Positions 50,087-63,241 of a stretch of DNA of 64,000 bases are shown here, one piece after another (the first letter of the stretch is position 1; each line of letters opens with the position of its first letter). Both the position numbers and the translations under genes were made by a program. Source of the DNA: Malacoraja senta (taxonomy: Eukaryota). The stretch spans positions 10,790,001-10,854,000 of the forward strand of contig CM075995.1 of assembly GCA_038087875.1 (NCBI GenBank). Reading direction: 5' to 3'. The notes beneath the pieces were generated by a model. It had not been told where the DNA came from, searched no databases, and was given only the letters and a program-made list of their open reading frames with translations.

Positions 50087-53000
50087 ACATAGAAAATAGG
50101 TGCACGAGTAGGCCATTCGGCCCTTCGAGCCTGCACCACCATTCAATATGATCATGGCTGATCATCCAACTCAGTATCCTGTACCTGCCTTCTCTCCATA
50201 CCCCCTGATCCCTTTAGCCACAAGGGCCACATCTAACTCCCTCTTAAATATAGCCAATGAACTGGCCTCAACTACCTTCTGTGGCAGAGAATTCCACAGA
50301 TTCACTACTCTCTGTGTGAAAAATGATTTTCTTATCTCGATCCTAAAAGACTCCCCCCTTATCCTTAAACTGTGACCCCTTGTTCTGGACTTCCCCAACA
50401 TCGGGAACAATCTTCCTGCATCTAGCCTGTCCAACCCCTTAAGAATCTTATAAGTTTCTATAAGATCCCCCCCTCAATCTTCTAAATTCTAGAGAGTACA
50501 AGCCGAGTCTATCCAGTCTTTCTTGATATGAAAGTCCTGGCATTCCAGGAATCAGTCTGGTGAACCTTCTCTGCATTCCCTCTATGGCAAAAATGTCTTT
50601 CCTCAGATTTGGTGACCAAAACTCTATGCAATACTCCAGGTGTGGCCTCACCAAGACCCTGTACAACTGCAGTAGAACCTCCCTGCTCTTATACTCAAAT
50701 CCTGTTGCTATGAATGCTAACATACCATTCGCTTTCTTCACTGCCTGCTGCATCTGCATGCCTACTTTCAATGACTGGTGTACCATGACACCCAGATCTC
50801 GTTGCATCTCCCCTTTTCCTAATCGGCCACCATTCAGATAATAGTCTACTTTCCTGTTTTTGCCACCAAAGTGGATAACCTCACATTTCTCCACATTATA
50901 CTGCATCTGCCATGCATTTGCCCACTCACCCAACCTATCCAAGTCACCTTGCAGACTCCTAGCATCCTCCTCACAGCTAACACTGCCCCCAGCTTCGTGT
51001 CATCTGCAAACTTGGAGATGTTGCATTCAATTCCCTCATCCAGGTCATTAATATATATTGTAAATAGCTGGTGTCCCAGCACTGAGCCTTGCGGTACCCC
51101 ACTAGTCACTGCCTGCCATTCTGAAAAGGACCCGTTTACTCCTACTCTTTGCTTCCTGTCTGCCAGCCAGTTCTCTATCCACATCAATACTGAACCCCCA
51201 ATACCATGTGCTTTAAGTTTGCATACTAATCTCTTATGTGGGACCTTGTCGAAAGCCTTCTGAAAGTCCAGATATAACACATCCACTGGGTCTCCCTTAT
51301 CCACTCTACTAGTTACATCCTCGAAAAATTCTATAAGATTCGTCAGACATGATTTACCTTTCATAAATCCATGCTGGCTTTGTCCAATGATTTCACCACT
51401 TTCCAAATGTGCTGCTATCCCATCTTTAATAACTGACTAGCATTTTCCCCACTACCGATGTTAGACTAACTGGTCTGTAATTCCCTGTTTTCTCTCTCCA
51501 TCCCTTTTTAAAAAGTGGGGTTACATTAGCTACCCTCCAATCCTCAGGAACTACTCTAGAATCTAAAGAGTTCTGAAAAATTATCACTAATGCATCCACT
51601 ATTTCTGGGGCTACTTCCTTAAGTACTCTGGGATGCAGCCAGATTTACCTAACACCACTTCCCGGCTAACCAGGATTTCACTCAGGTCCTCCATCTCATT
51701 TGACCCCCGGTCCCCTGCTATTTCCGGCAGATTATTTATGTCTTCCTTAGTGAAGACAGAACGAAAGTAGTTACAGAATTGGTCTGCCATATCCTTGTTC
51801 CCCATGATTAATTCACCAGTTTCTGACTGCAAGGGACCTACATTTGTTTTAACTAATCTTTTTCTCATCACATATCTATAAAAACTTTTGCAGTCAGTTG
51901 TTATGTTCCCTGCCAGTTTTTTCCATAATCTGTTTTCCCTTTTCTAATTAAGCCCTTTGTCCTCCTCTGCTGGACTGAATTTCCCCAGTCCTCTGATAGG
52001 CTGCTTTTTCTGGCTAATTTGTATGCTTCATCTTTTGTTTTGATACTATCCCTGATTTCCCTTGTTATCCACGGATGAGCTACCTTCCCTGATTTATTCT
52101 TTTGCCAAACTGGGATGAACAAGTGTTGTAGTTCATCCATGCAGTCTTTAAATGCCTTCCATTGCATATCCACCATCAACCCTTTAAGAATCACTTGCTA
52201 GTCTATCTTGGCCAATTCACGTCTCATACCCTCAATGTTACCCTTCTTTCAGTTCAGAACCCTTGTTTCTGAATTAACAATGTCACTCTCCATCCTAATG
52301 AAGAACTCAACCATATTATGGTCACTCTTGCCCAAGGGGCCATGCACAACAAGACTGCTAACCAACCCTTCCTCATTACTCAATACCCAGTCTAGAATAG
52401 CCTGTTCTCTCGTTGGTTCCTCTACATGTTGGTTTAGAAAACTATCCCTCATACATTCCAAGAAATCCTCTTCCTCAGCACCCCTGCCAATTTGATTCAC
52501 CCAATCTAGATGTAGATTGAAGTCACCCATTATAACTGTTTTACCTTTGTTGCACGCTTTTCTAATTTCCTGTTTGATGCCATCCCCAACTCCACTACTA
52601 CTGTTAGGTGGCGCTGTACACAATTCCCACTAGCGTTTTCTGCCCCTTAGTGTTTCGCAGCTCTACCCGTATCGATTCCACATCCTCCAAGCTAATGTCC
52701 TTCCTTTCTATTCCTCTCTAACCAGCAACACTACGCCACCTCCTTTTCCTTTCTGTCTATCCCTCCTGAATATTGAATATCCCTGGATGTTCAGCTCCCA
52801 GCCTTGGTCACCCTGGAGCATTGTCTCCGTGATCCCAACTATATCAAATTCATTAATAACTATCTGCACATTCAACTCATCCACCTTATTACGAATGTTC
52901 CTTGCATTGAGACACAAAGCCTTCAGGCTTGCATTTAAAACACTCTTACCCCTTATACAATTATGTTGAAAAGTGGCCCTTTTTGATTTTTGCCCTGGAT

Positions 53001-53208
53001 TTGTCTGCCTGCCACTTTTACTTTTCATCTTGCTACCTGTTGCTTCTACCCTCATTTTACACCCCTCTGTCTCTCTACTCTTGCTCCCATTTGCTTGCCA
53101 CATTAGTTTAAATCCTCCCCGACAGCACTAGCAAACACTCCCCCCAAGGACATTGGTTCCATTCCAGCCCAGGTGCAGACCGTCCTGTTTGTACTGGTCC
53201 CACCTCCC
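50087..53208 (-). mobile_element. CR1 (ORF1 end + ORF2) inserted in the DIRS recombinase
   Basis: APE and RT fragments very similar to 58376-61560. ACAT at both junctions. The YR reads VSAQHV|QSSQ across it. Confidence 0.92.
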
Positions 53209-54642
53209 ACATGTTGGGCTGAAACCAATGCCATAAGCATGACTACCTTCATGGTGAGTTTGGGCAAAGACAGGGCTGTGACAGCAGTCCACTGACGAAG
53301 GAGCATAAGAACCTCGCTTACATCCCAGATAACCGAATACCTGGGCCTAGGAGGATTGGAATTATAAACTCCCTTCATAAATCTAGAAACTAGAGGATGT
53401 GTCCCCACAGAATATAATTCTGATACCATGGGTAAATATGAGGACAGAGCACTTCTGGCTATATTGATCGCACTATAGCTTAACTTCTGATCGAAATAGA
53501 GAGTTGACAAGATCTCCAGCACGTCTGGGATGCCTGCAGTTTGATATGAAATATTGTGCCGTAAGCAGAACACCTCCCACTTTCTTATCGAGGAGATGTA
53601 CCGCTTCTGGGTACTATCCCTCCAGGCCGCAGTGATAACATCCACGGTGCGATCGGAGAGTCCTCTCCCCAGGTATGGCCTCCTTAGAATCTTCAAATTA
53701 ACAGATCAATACGATCATGTAAAGGATTTTGATCGCCAGTTACCGGGTTCACCAGTAGGTTTCAATGTTTGGGAACAATCATATGAGGCTGAATAGCCAT
53801 CTGCAAAATGAGAGGGAACCATGGCTGAGTAGGCTACTACCAATACTCCTGAAGCAGAGTCCTGCTTGATTTTTTGCAGGCATCAACTGATGAGACAGAA
53901 TGGAGGAAATGCATATAAAAACATACCACCCCAATGCAGCGAGAATGCATCGACTGCTGCTGCCCCAGGATCTGGTTCCCACGAAACGTATTTAGGCAAC
54001 TGGTGGTTTAGTCTAGATGCAAACAAATCAATATCTGGCATCCTGAATCGAGCAACAACATCATTAAATATGTCCTGATTCAACATCCATTCTATGTTGT
54101 CATTGAATTGGCATGACCTTGTGTCTGCCACTATGTTGAATCTACCTGGTAAGTAGATTGCTGAAAGCCAAATGTTTTTGTCAATGCACCAGCTCCAGAT
54201 ATGATTAGCCAACCGGTCACAAGATTCTGACTTAACTCCACCCATGTGATCAACATATGCCACTGCTGTGGTGTTGTCAATTTGAACCTGCACATGCAAG
54301 TGACTCTTGGTAGAGCAATAAGCTTTAAGCCCATAAAAGGTTCCCAAAAGCTCTAAATAATTGATCCCTCGCAATTGCAGAAGGGATGCCTCATCACTAT
54401 TCCATCTGCCTCCACAACTGGAAAATGTATCAGTAGCACCCCAACCTAGAGCACTAACATCAGTCTGTAAGACTATGGAAGGTGGTTCAACCAAAACTTC
54501 CCTGGAACTACTTGAGACATTCATGATCCACCATTGTATTTCAGAAATGGCTTCAGCTTGTAATCCCATGGTTCTTTTGCTCGTTGTAACTGTTGATAAT
54601 GCAGAGGATAATGCACAGCTGGAAAACCAGCCACCAAATTAC

Positions 54643-55481
54643 ATAGAAACATGGAAACATAGAAAATAGGTGCAGGAGGTGGCCATTTGGCTCTTCGATT
54701 GTGATCATGGCTGATCGTTCCCTATCAATAACCCGTGCCTGCCTTCTCCCCATATCCCTTGATTCCATTAGCCCCTAGAGCTCTATCTAACTCTCTCTTA
54801 AATCCATCCAGTGATTTGGCCTCCACTGCCCTCTGTGGCAGGGATTCCATAAATTCACAACTCTCTGGGTGAAAACGTTTTTTCTCACCTCAGTCTTAAA
54901 TGACCTCCCCTTTATTCTAAGACTGTGGCCCCTGGTTCTGGACTCACCCAACATTGGGAACATTTTTCCTGCATCTAGCTTGTCCAGTCCTTTTATAATT
55001 TTATATGTTTCTGTAAGATCCCCACTCATCCTTCTAAACTCCAGTGAATACAAGCCTAGTCTTTTCAATCTTTCCTCATATGACAGTCCCGCCATCCCAG
55101 GGATCAATCTCGTGAACCTACGCTGCACTGCCTCAATCACAAGGATGTCCTTCCTCAAATTAGGAGACCAAAATTGTACACAATACTCCAGATGTGGTCT
55201 CACCAGAGCCCTGTACATCTGCAGAAGAACCTCTTTACTCCTATACTGAAATCCTCCTGTTATGAAGGCCAACATTCCATTAGCTTTCTTCACTGCCTGC
55301 TGTACCTGCATGCCAACTTTCAGTGACCGGTGTACAAGGACACCCAGGTCTCGCTGTACCTCCCCCTTACCTAACCTAACCCCATTGAAATAATAATCTG
55401 CCCCCTTGTTTTTACCGCCAAAGTGGATAACCTCACATTTATCTATATTATACTGCATCTGCCCACTCACTCAACCTGTCT
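54643..55481 (-). mobile_element. CR1 3' fragment inserted in DIRS pol
   Basis: AATTAC duplicated at 54637-54642 and 55482-55487. ORF 54787-55470. Confidence 0.9.
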
Positions 55482-57000
55482 AATTACCAATCAAGCTGGC
55501 CACCTGTCTAATTGAAGGTCTTTGTTCACCAAGGAGCTTGATACAACCTTCAATTAATTGCTGCCTTTTATCACTGGGCAGAGTCACTAACATGTGATCT
55601 GAGTTAATGGTGAAGCCCAAGTAATCAATAACTTTGACTGGTGTTAATTTGGATTTATCTGCATGAATGATCAACCCCAATTGCTCAAAAGTGAGTTTAA
55701 CAACTGAAACAGATGATTCAGCTGCATCCCGAGTCTTTCCTACAATTGAGATATCATCTAAATAGGCCATTACAACATGACCCTGAGCTCGGAGTAGCCC
55801 TAGAACTGGTTTTAACAATTTGGTAAACAATCTAGGAGCTGAGATTAATCCATTACGCAGTGCTTTGAATTGCCATAACTGACATCCAGCTAAACTTCAA
55901 ATAACTCCTATCATCGCAATGAACAGATACTGAGTAATATGCATCTTTAAGATCTATGCTTGCCATATAACACCCTTTGGAAATCAGCTGTTTAGCCGTA
56001 AGAAAAGTCTCCATTTTGAAATGTCTATACTGTACAAAAGGGTTAAGGCTCGTCAGGTCCAGAATGATTCTACATCCCCCATCCTTTTTAGACCTAGGAA
56101 ATATATTTGACACAACCTGGTGGAGTTGACGAATCGACTTCTCAATCACCCCTTTACTGCACAATACCTCAAGTTCTGCCTGTATCTGCATATTCTCTTC
56201 ATGTGAGAAAACGAGTGTCCGACTTGGGACATGCTGAGTGGGTGGACACAAATTAGGGTAGAATGCAATTCGAAACCCTTCTATACTGCACAGCACAAAC
56301 GGATCTGATGTTATCTCCTGCCATTCTTTTAGGAACAAGTGTAACCTGCCCTCAACTTGAAAATATTTCCCACTTAATTTGATTCTATCAGCAGCAAAAC
56401 CACTGATCTGCATGTTGGCCGATCGAATTTGTCGCCCCCTGCTCCTCGTGGGAAAATTCATCCTTGCCCATGTGCCTGTGGCAGGGTGCCAGCTTCGTAT
56501 GTTCGGGAATGAATGGCTCGTCCCTTCATCAGCCCCAGTCATTGCACCCCGTCGATAGGGGAATTACCTCCGAACCATTTTGCTGCTCGTCGGCACTTTT
56601 ATTCACCCCACAGTTTTCGCCTCATCATCAAGTTCTTTAACTCGCTTTGCGAGGTCCTCCCCAAACAGCAGATTAGGCAACTGAACATTGCTAGGTTTGC
56701 AGATCGATGCAAACTTAGGGTGAATATTTGGGCGTATGGCACTCTTTCTTAAGCAGTTCACCTCAAAATGTGGACTGCACAGAAGCCCAAAAGCATCCTG
56801 ATGTGCTTCTGATACGTGCCCCTCGTCCACCATTCTGGCGAACGCAGTAATGCCTGCAGCAAGCAACTTCAGCACCCGCTGGAGTTTTAGCTTTTGTGCC
56901 TGAACTGCAATCCCCATTTGTCCCCATATAACATGGTTAACCACCGGCACCTTCAATAAGGCAGTCAACCGGGGTTTCATACTTCTTTACAGTGTCATCC

Positions 57001-57192
57001 AGGCTGAGGAGCCGTTGGAGCAAGAGGAGGAGTTTCCGGGTGGTGAGTTATAAACTCGAGTGCGGGGCTTTACTCCACAGAGGCTGAGGAGCCGTTGGAG
57101 TGAGAGGAGGAGTTTCCGGGCAGTGAGTTATAAACTCGAGCGCGGGGTTTACTCCACAGAGGCTGAGGAGCCGTTGGAGCGAGAGGAGGAGT
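57001..57192 (+). repeat. ~80-bp tandem repeat (~2.4 copies) at the CR1 5' end
   Basis: AGGCTGAGGAGCCGTTGGAG recurs at 57001, ~57081 and ~57160. Confidence 0.85.
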
Positions 57193-57316
57193 GCCCAATC
57201 TGTAACGTTCCACACTTCAAAGGAAATGTTCTGGTGGAAGCCGCTGATTGGTGGAAGCGGACTAGAGGAAGCAGCTGATTGGGAGAAATCCCAGGTTTGC
57301 ATTTCTGCTTTCTGGT

Positions 57317-57486
57317 TAAGGGGACAGTGAGCTAAGGGGACAGTGAGCTAAGGGGACAGTGAGCTAAGGGGACAGTGAGCTAAGGGGACAGTGAGCTAAG
57401 GGGACAGTGAGCTAAGGGGACAGTGAGCTAAGGGGACAGTGAGCTAAGGGGACAGTGAGCTAAGGGGACAGTGAGCTAAGGGGACA
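57317..57486 (+). repeat. 16-bp minisatellite (TAAGGGGACAGTGAGC) x ~10.6 in the CR1 5' UTR
   Basis: Perfect tandem copies. Confidence 0.97.
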
Positions 57487-60400
57487 ATGCTTTATAGTAA
57501 AGGTACAGTTTAAAGGATTAAGATTTTTATAGTGTGAGTGAGTTAATTTAATTTGGGGGTAAGCCATGTCAGTTGAGATCAGTTGCATGGTTTGCTCATC
57601 CTGCAACATGTGGGAGATCAGAGATATGGTCGGTGTCCCTGGTGACTACGTTTGCAGGAAGTGTGTCCAGCTGCAGCTCCTGGCAGACCACATTGAACGA
57701 TTGGAGCTGCGGTTGGATTCATACTGGAGCATCCACGATGCTGAGAATGTCGAGAATAGCACGTACAGTGAGTTGGTCACACCGCAGGTAAAAGTTAAGC
57801 GGACAGAAAGGGAACGGGTGGCCATTAGCCAGCGTAGCAGTAGGCAGGTAGTGCAGGAGTCCCCTGCGGTCATCTCCCTCCTAAACAGATATACCATTTT
57901 GGATACTGTTGGGGGAGATGGCTCATCAGGGGATGGCAGCAGCAGCCAAGTTCATGGCACCATGGGTGGCTCTGCGGCACAGGAGGGAAGGGAAAAGTGT
58001 GGAAGGGCTATAGTAATAGGGGATTCAATTGTAAGGGGAATAGATAGGCGTTTCTGCAGCCGCAAACGAGACTCCAGGATGGTATGTTGCCTCCCTGGTG
58101 CAAGGGTCAGGGATGTCACTGAACGGCTGCAGAACATTCTGGAGGGGGAGGGTGAACAGCCAGTTGTCGTGGTGCACATTGGCACCAACGATACAGGTAA
58201 AAAACGGGATGAGGTCCTACAAGGCGAATTTAGGGAGCTAGGAGATAAACTTAAAAGTAGGACCTCAAAGCCATGAGTAGAAATAGGAGGATATTGCAGA
58301 TGAATGCGTGGCTTGAAAAATGGTGCAAGGGGGAGGGATTCAAATTTCTAGGGCATTCGAAATAGTTCTGGGGGAGGTCGGACCAGTGCAAACAGGACGG
58401 TCTGCACCTGGGCTGGAATGGAACCAATGTCCTCGGGGGAGTGTTTGCTAGTGCTGTCGGGGAGGATTTAAACTAATGTGGCAGGGGAATGGGAGCATGA
58501 GTAGAGAGACAGAGGGGTGTAAAATGAGGGTAGAAGCAACATGTAGCAAGGTGAATAGTAAAAGTGGCAGGCAGAAAAATCCAGGGCAAAAATCAAGAAG
58601 GGCCACTTTTCAACATAATTGTATAAGGGGTAAGAGTGTTGTAAAAACAAGCCTGAAGGCTTTGTGTCTCAATGCAAGGAGCATTCGTAATAAGGTGGAT
58701 GCTCCTTGCATTGTGCAGATAGTTATAAATGAATGTGCAGATAGTTATTAATGAATACGATATAGTTGGGATCACGGAGACATGGTTCCAGAGTGACCAA
58801 GGCTGGGAGCTGAACATCCAGGAATATTCAATATTCAGGAGGGATAGACAGAAAGGAAAAGGAGGTGGCATAGCGTTGCTGGTTAGAGAGGAGATTAACG
58901 CAATAGAAAGGAAGGACATTAGCTTGGAGGATGTTGAATCGATATGGGTAGAGCTGCGAAACACTAAGGGGCAGAAAACAATAGTGGGAGTTGTGTACAG
59001 GCCACCTAACAGTAGTTGTGGAGTTGGGGATGGCATCAAACAGGAAATTAGAAATGCGTGCAACAAAGGTAAAACAGTTATAATGGGTGACTTCAATCTA
59101 CATATAGATTGGGTGAATCAAATTGGCAGGGGTGCTGAGGAAGAGGATTTCTTGGAATGTATGCGGGATAGTTTTCTAAACCAACATGTAAAGGAACCAA
59201 CGAGAGAACAGGCTATTCTAGACTGGGTATTGAGTAATGAGGAAGGGTTGGTTAGCAGTCTTGTTGTGCGTGGCCCCTTGGGCAAGAGTGACCATAATAT
59301 GGTTGAGTTCTTCATTAGGATGGAGAGTGACATTGTTAATTCAGAAACAAGGGTTCTGAACTTAAAGAAGCGTAACTTTGAGGGTATGAGACGTGAATTG
59401 GCCAAGATAGACTGGCAAGTGATTCTTAAAGGGTTGACGGTGGATATGCAATGGAAGGCATTTAAAGACTGCATGGATGAACTACAACAATTGTTCATCC
59501 CAGTTTGGCAAAAGAATAAATCAGGGAAGGTAGTGCATTCGTGGATAACAAGGGAAATCAGGGATAGTATCAAAACAAAAGATGAAGCATACAAATTAGC
59601 CAGAAAAAGTAGCCTACCAGAGAGAAATGAGTCCAGCATAGGAGGACAAAGGGCTTAATTAGGAAAGGGAAAATAGTTATGAAAAAAACCTGGCAGGGAA
59701 CATAAAAACTGACTGCAAAAGTTTTTATATATATGTGAAGAGAAAAAGATTAGTTAAAACAAATGTAGGTCCCTTGCAGTCAGAAACTGGTGAATTGGAT
59801 AACTGGGGAACAAGGATATGGAAGACCAATTGAATAACTACTGTGGTTCTGTCTTCACTAAGGAAGACATAAATAATCTGCCGGAAATAGCAGGGGACCG
59901 GGGGTCAAATGAGATGGAGGAACTGAGTAAAATCCCGGTTAGCCGGGAAGTGGTGTTAGGTAAATTGAATGGATTAAAGGCCGATAAATGCCCAGGGCCA
60001 GTCAGGCTGCATCCCAGAGTACTTATGGAAGTAGCCCCAGAAACAGTGGATGCATTAGTGATAATTTTTCAGAACTCTTTAGATTCTGGAGTAGTTCCTG
60101 AGGATTGGAGGGTAGCTAATGTAACCCCACTTTTTAAAAAGGGATGGAGAGAGAAAACAGGGAATTACAGACCAGTTAGTCTAACATCGGTAGTGGGGAA
60201 AATGCTAGAGTCAGTTATTAAAGATGGGATAGCAGCACATTTGGAAAGTGGTGAAATCATTGGACAAAGTCAGCATGGATTTATGAAAGGTAAATCATGT
60301 CTGACGAATCTTATAGAATTTTTCGAGGATGTAACTGGTAGAGTGGATAAGGGAGAACCAGTGGATGTGTTATATCTGGACTTTCAGAAGGCTTTCGACA

Positions 60401-62748
60401 AGGTCCCACATAAGAAACTTAAAGCACACGGTATTGGGGGTTCAGTATTGATGTGGATAGAGAACTGGCTGGCAGACAGGAAGCAAAGAGTAGGAGTAAA
60501 TGGGTCCTATTCAGAATGGCAGGCAGTGACTAGTGGGGTACCGCAAGGCTCAGTGCTGGGACCCCAGCTATTTACAATATATATTAATGACCTGGATGAG
60601 GGAATTGAATGCAACATCTCCAAGTTTGCGGATGACACGAAGCTGGGGGGCAGTGATAGCTGTGAGGAGGATCCTAGGAGACTGCAAGGTAGCTTGGATA
60701 GGTTGGGTGAGTGGGCAAGTGCATGGCAGATGCAGTATAATGTGGATAAATGTGAGGTTATCCACTTTGGTGACAAAAACAGGAAAGTAGACTATTATCT
60801 GAATGGTGGCCGATTAGGAAAAGGGGAGATGCAACGAGATCTGGGTGTCATGGTACACCAGTCATTGAAAGTAGGCATGCAGGTGCAGCAGGCAGTGAAG
60901 AAAGCGAATGGTATGTTTGCATTCATAGCAAAAGGATTTGAGTATAAGAGCAGGGAGGTTCTTCTGCAGTTGTACAGGGTCTTGGTGAGGCCACACCTGG
61001 AGTATTGCATACAGTTTTGGTCACCAAATCTGAGGAAAGACATTCTTGCCATAGAGGAAGTACAGAGAAGGTTCACCAGACTGATTCCTGGGATGGCAGG
61101 ACTTTCATATGAAGAAAGACTGGATAGACTCGGCTTGTACTCGCTAGAATTTAGAAGATTAAGGGGGGATCTTATAGAAACTTGCAAGATTCTTAAGGGG
61201 TTGGATAGGCTAGATGCAGGTAGATTGTTCCCGATGTTGGGGAAGTCCAGAACAAGGGGTCACAGTTTAAGGATAAGGGGGAAGTCTTTTAGGACCGAGA
61301 TGAGAAAATCATTTTTCACACAGAGAGTGGTGAATCTGTGGAATTCTCTGCCACAGAAGGTAGTTGAGGCCAGTTCATTGGCTATATTTAAGAGGGAGTT
61401 AGATGTGGCCCTTGTGGCTAAAGGGATCAGGGGTATGGAGAGAAGGCAGGTACAGGATACTGAGTTGGATGATCAGCCATGATCATATTGAATGGCGGTG
61501 CAGGCTCGACGGGCCGAATGGCCTACTCCTGCACCTATTTTCTATGTTTCTATGTTTCTATACCATCTCTTGGAGCTGATGGGAGAGCAAATAATTAATA
61601 GTTGTGGACAACTCCTGCCCGAATGGCTCCCCTGCTTCTGTGGGAATGGCAAATTTTGCAGCCAAATTATGTATTGTGACCTTATGCCCTTCATCCCCTG
61701 GTCTCTGTTCACCCACTGGTTCGGCGTCAGTTTGCCCCTGACCTGTCAAGCTCTCCTCCTCCATGAGGGAGCGATTAAGCAGCCGAATTGCAGGCACTGC
61801 TGGCACAGGCTCTCCATCATCCCGGCGTGGACACCACTCGTCCTCCCGGAGTGCATCCTTTGCGAGTATCCTCTCCAACAGGACCTCAATTTCATTTAGC
61901 CATTTAAAAACGGTCTCCCCTTGCAGAGATGACTCCTCCTGACCCGACTCGGAATCAATGGGCCTAGCAGACTTCGAAGTAGCCTTACGCCCCACCGGCG
62001 CGGCGACGGTGCTCACAGGCAACATGTCTGCAGTCGCTAACCCCCCTGTTAACGATGATATAAGTGAGCAAGGCGGGCACCCCCTGCACTCCCGCGGTCT
62101 TCCAAACTTTTACTAGCGGGTCGCCTCCCCTTCACCTTCGTAGCTTTCTGCATTTTAGACTAGCACTCTGAAAACCAAGCGTACCAACAGAAACCAACCT
62201 CCAAACTAAATTTAGCACTTACCTCGAGGTTTTTTAAACTTACCGCTGGAGGAGCTCTGCTACACCAACCATCGCTGCGCCATGCGTCTGATGTAATGAC
62301 GCGTGTGCGGCTGGACGGGGTCTTCTTCACGTAGTCACTCACGTGACTCCGAAGTAAAATAGCTGGAGGGAGAGCTTGGACAAACCGGGTTTGTTTTCTC
62401 TGGAATACCTGAGGTTGCGGGACCTGATCGATGTATATAGAAAAATAAAAAACGAGAGGAATAGATAGGCTAGACAGTCAGAAACATTTCCTCAGGATGG
62501 AAATATCAAATTCTAGAGGGTATTGCTTTAAGATGAGAGGTGCATGGAAAAGTTTAAAAGAGACTAGACTAAGTTCACACGGGAGGGCTGGTCCCCCAAT
62601 GCAATATTCCACCTCTCCACCAATTTCAATATTGGTGGCCAGTAGGAGGAGGGGGGGGGGGGCTTTCTGGAGTGCTAGTATGGGTGTTGTGGGCCAAAGG
62701 GACTGGTTCCAGAGGGCTAGTATGGACATTGTGGGCCGAATGGATTCT

Positions 62749-62835
62749 TGGGCTGGCAACTCAGTCACTCAGTCCTGGTGGGCTGGCAGCTCAGTCACTC
62801 GGGTCTGGTGGGTTGGCAGCTCAGTCACTCAGGCC
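62749..62835. repeat. 30-bp tandem repeat (~3 copies)
   Basis: TGGTGGGCTGGCAGCTCAGTCACTC.. units. Confidence 0.85.
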
Positions 62836-63054
62836 TGGTGGGCTGGCAGCTCAGAAACTGCCAGAAATTCTGCCCAAAACAGGTGAGAGACTCTGTGAGA
62901 GAGGGTGGAGAATCAATTTTCAGACATTTTTCATCTTTTTCTGCAAATCACAGCAATGAGGGAGGAAAGTCTATCCTGGGCTGGAACTCACAGGGAGCCA
63001 AAGAAGGGAGGGAGAAAAATACTGGGGTGAGGTTGCAGGTGAATTAGTGGTTTC

Positions 63055-63241
63055 AGGCAGGACAAACAACTCATTTCATTTCCATTTTGCATTTCCATTT
63101 CAAGCACAGGGCAGGCCAAACACGTCATGGCATTGTCATTTCACTTCCATTTTGCATTGCAGTCTCAAGCACAGGGCAGGCCAAACAACTCATGGCATTG
63201 TCATTTCACTTCCATTTTGCATTGCAGTCTCAAGCACAGGG
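63055..63241. repeat. 65-bp tandem repeat (~3 copies)
   Basis: CAAGCACAGGG recurs at 63101, 63166 and 63231. Confidence 0.85.

Larger units (their letters stand above)
57001..61560 (+). mobile_element. Near full-length CR1 LINE (ORF1 Zn-finger + SGNH esterase; ORF2 APE-RT), inserted in DIRS gag
   Basis: ORF1 from 57566 (C..C...C..C; VIGDSIVR; HIGTND; DGLH after a frameshift). ORF2 about 58476-61482 with frameshifts. (TTTCTATG)n tail. Confidence 0.95.
44115..62362 (-). mobile_element. DIRS1-type tyrosine-recombinase retrotransposon, structurally complete but disrupted by four LINEs
   Basis: Inverted terminal repeats at about 44185-44225 and 62298-62336, ICR at 44336-44447. Gag 61560-62160 and 56603-56990, RT (FKMETF, SIDLKDAYY, YLDD) 55482-56400, RNase H + methyltransferase 53883-54640, YR 53209-53696 and 49600-50086. 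Confidence 0.92.

Noticed and set aside
57317..57486. Regular short repeat array resembling CRISPR
   Set aside because: Head-to-tail 16-mers with no unique spacers, no cas genes, and a eukaryotic LINE 5' UTR context.
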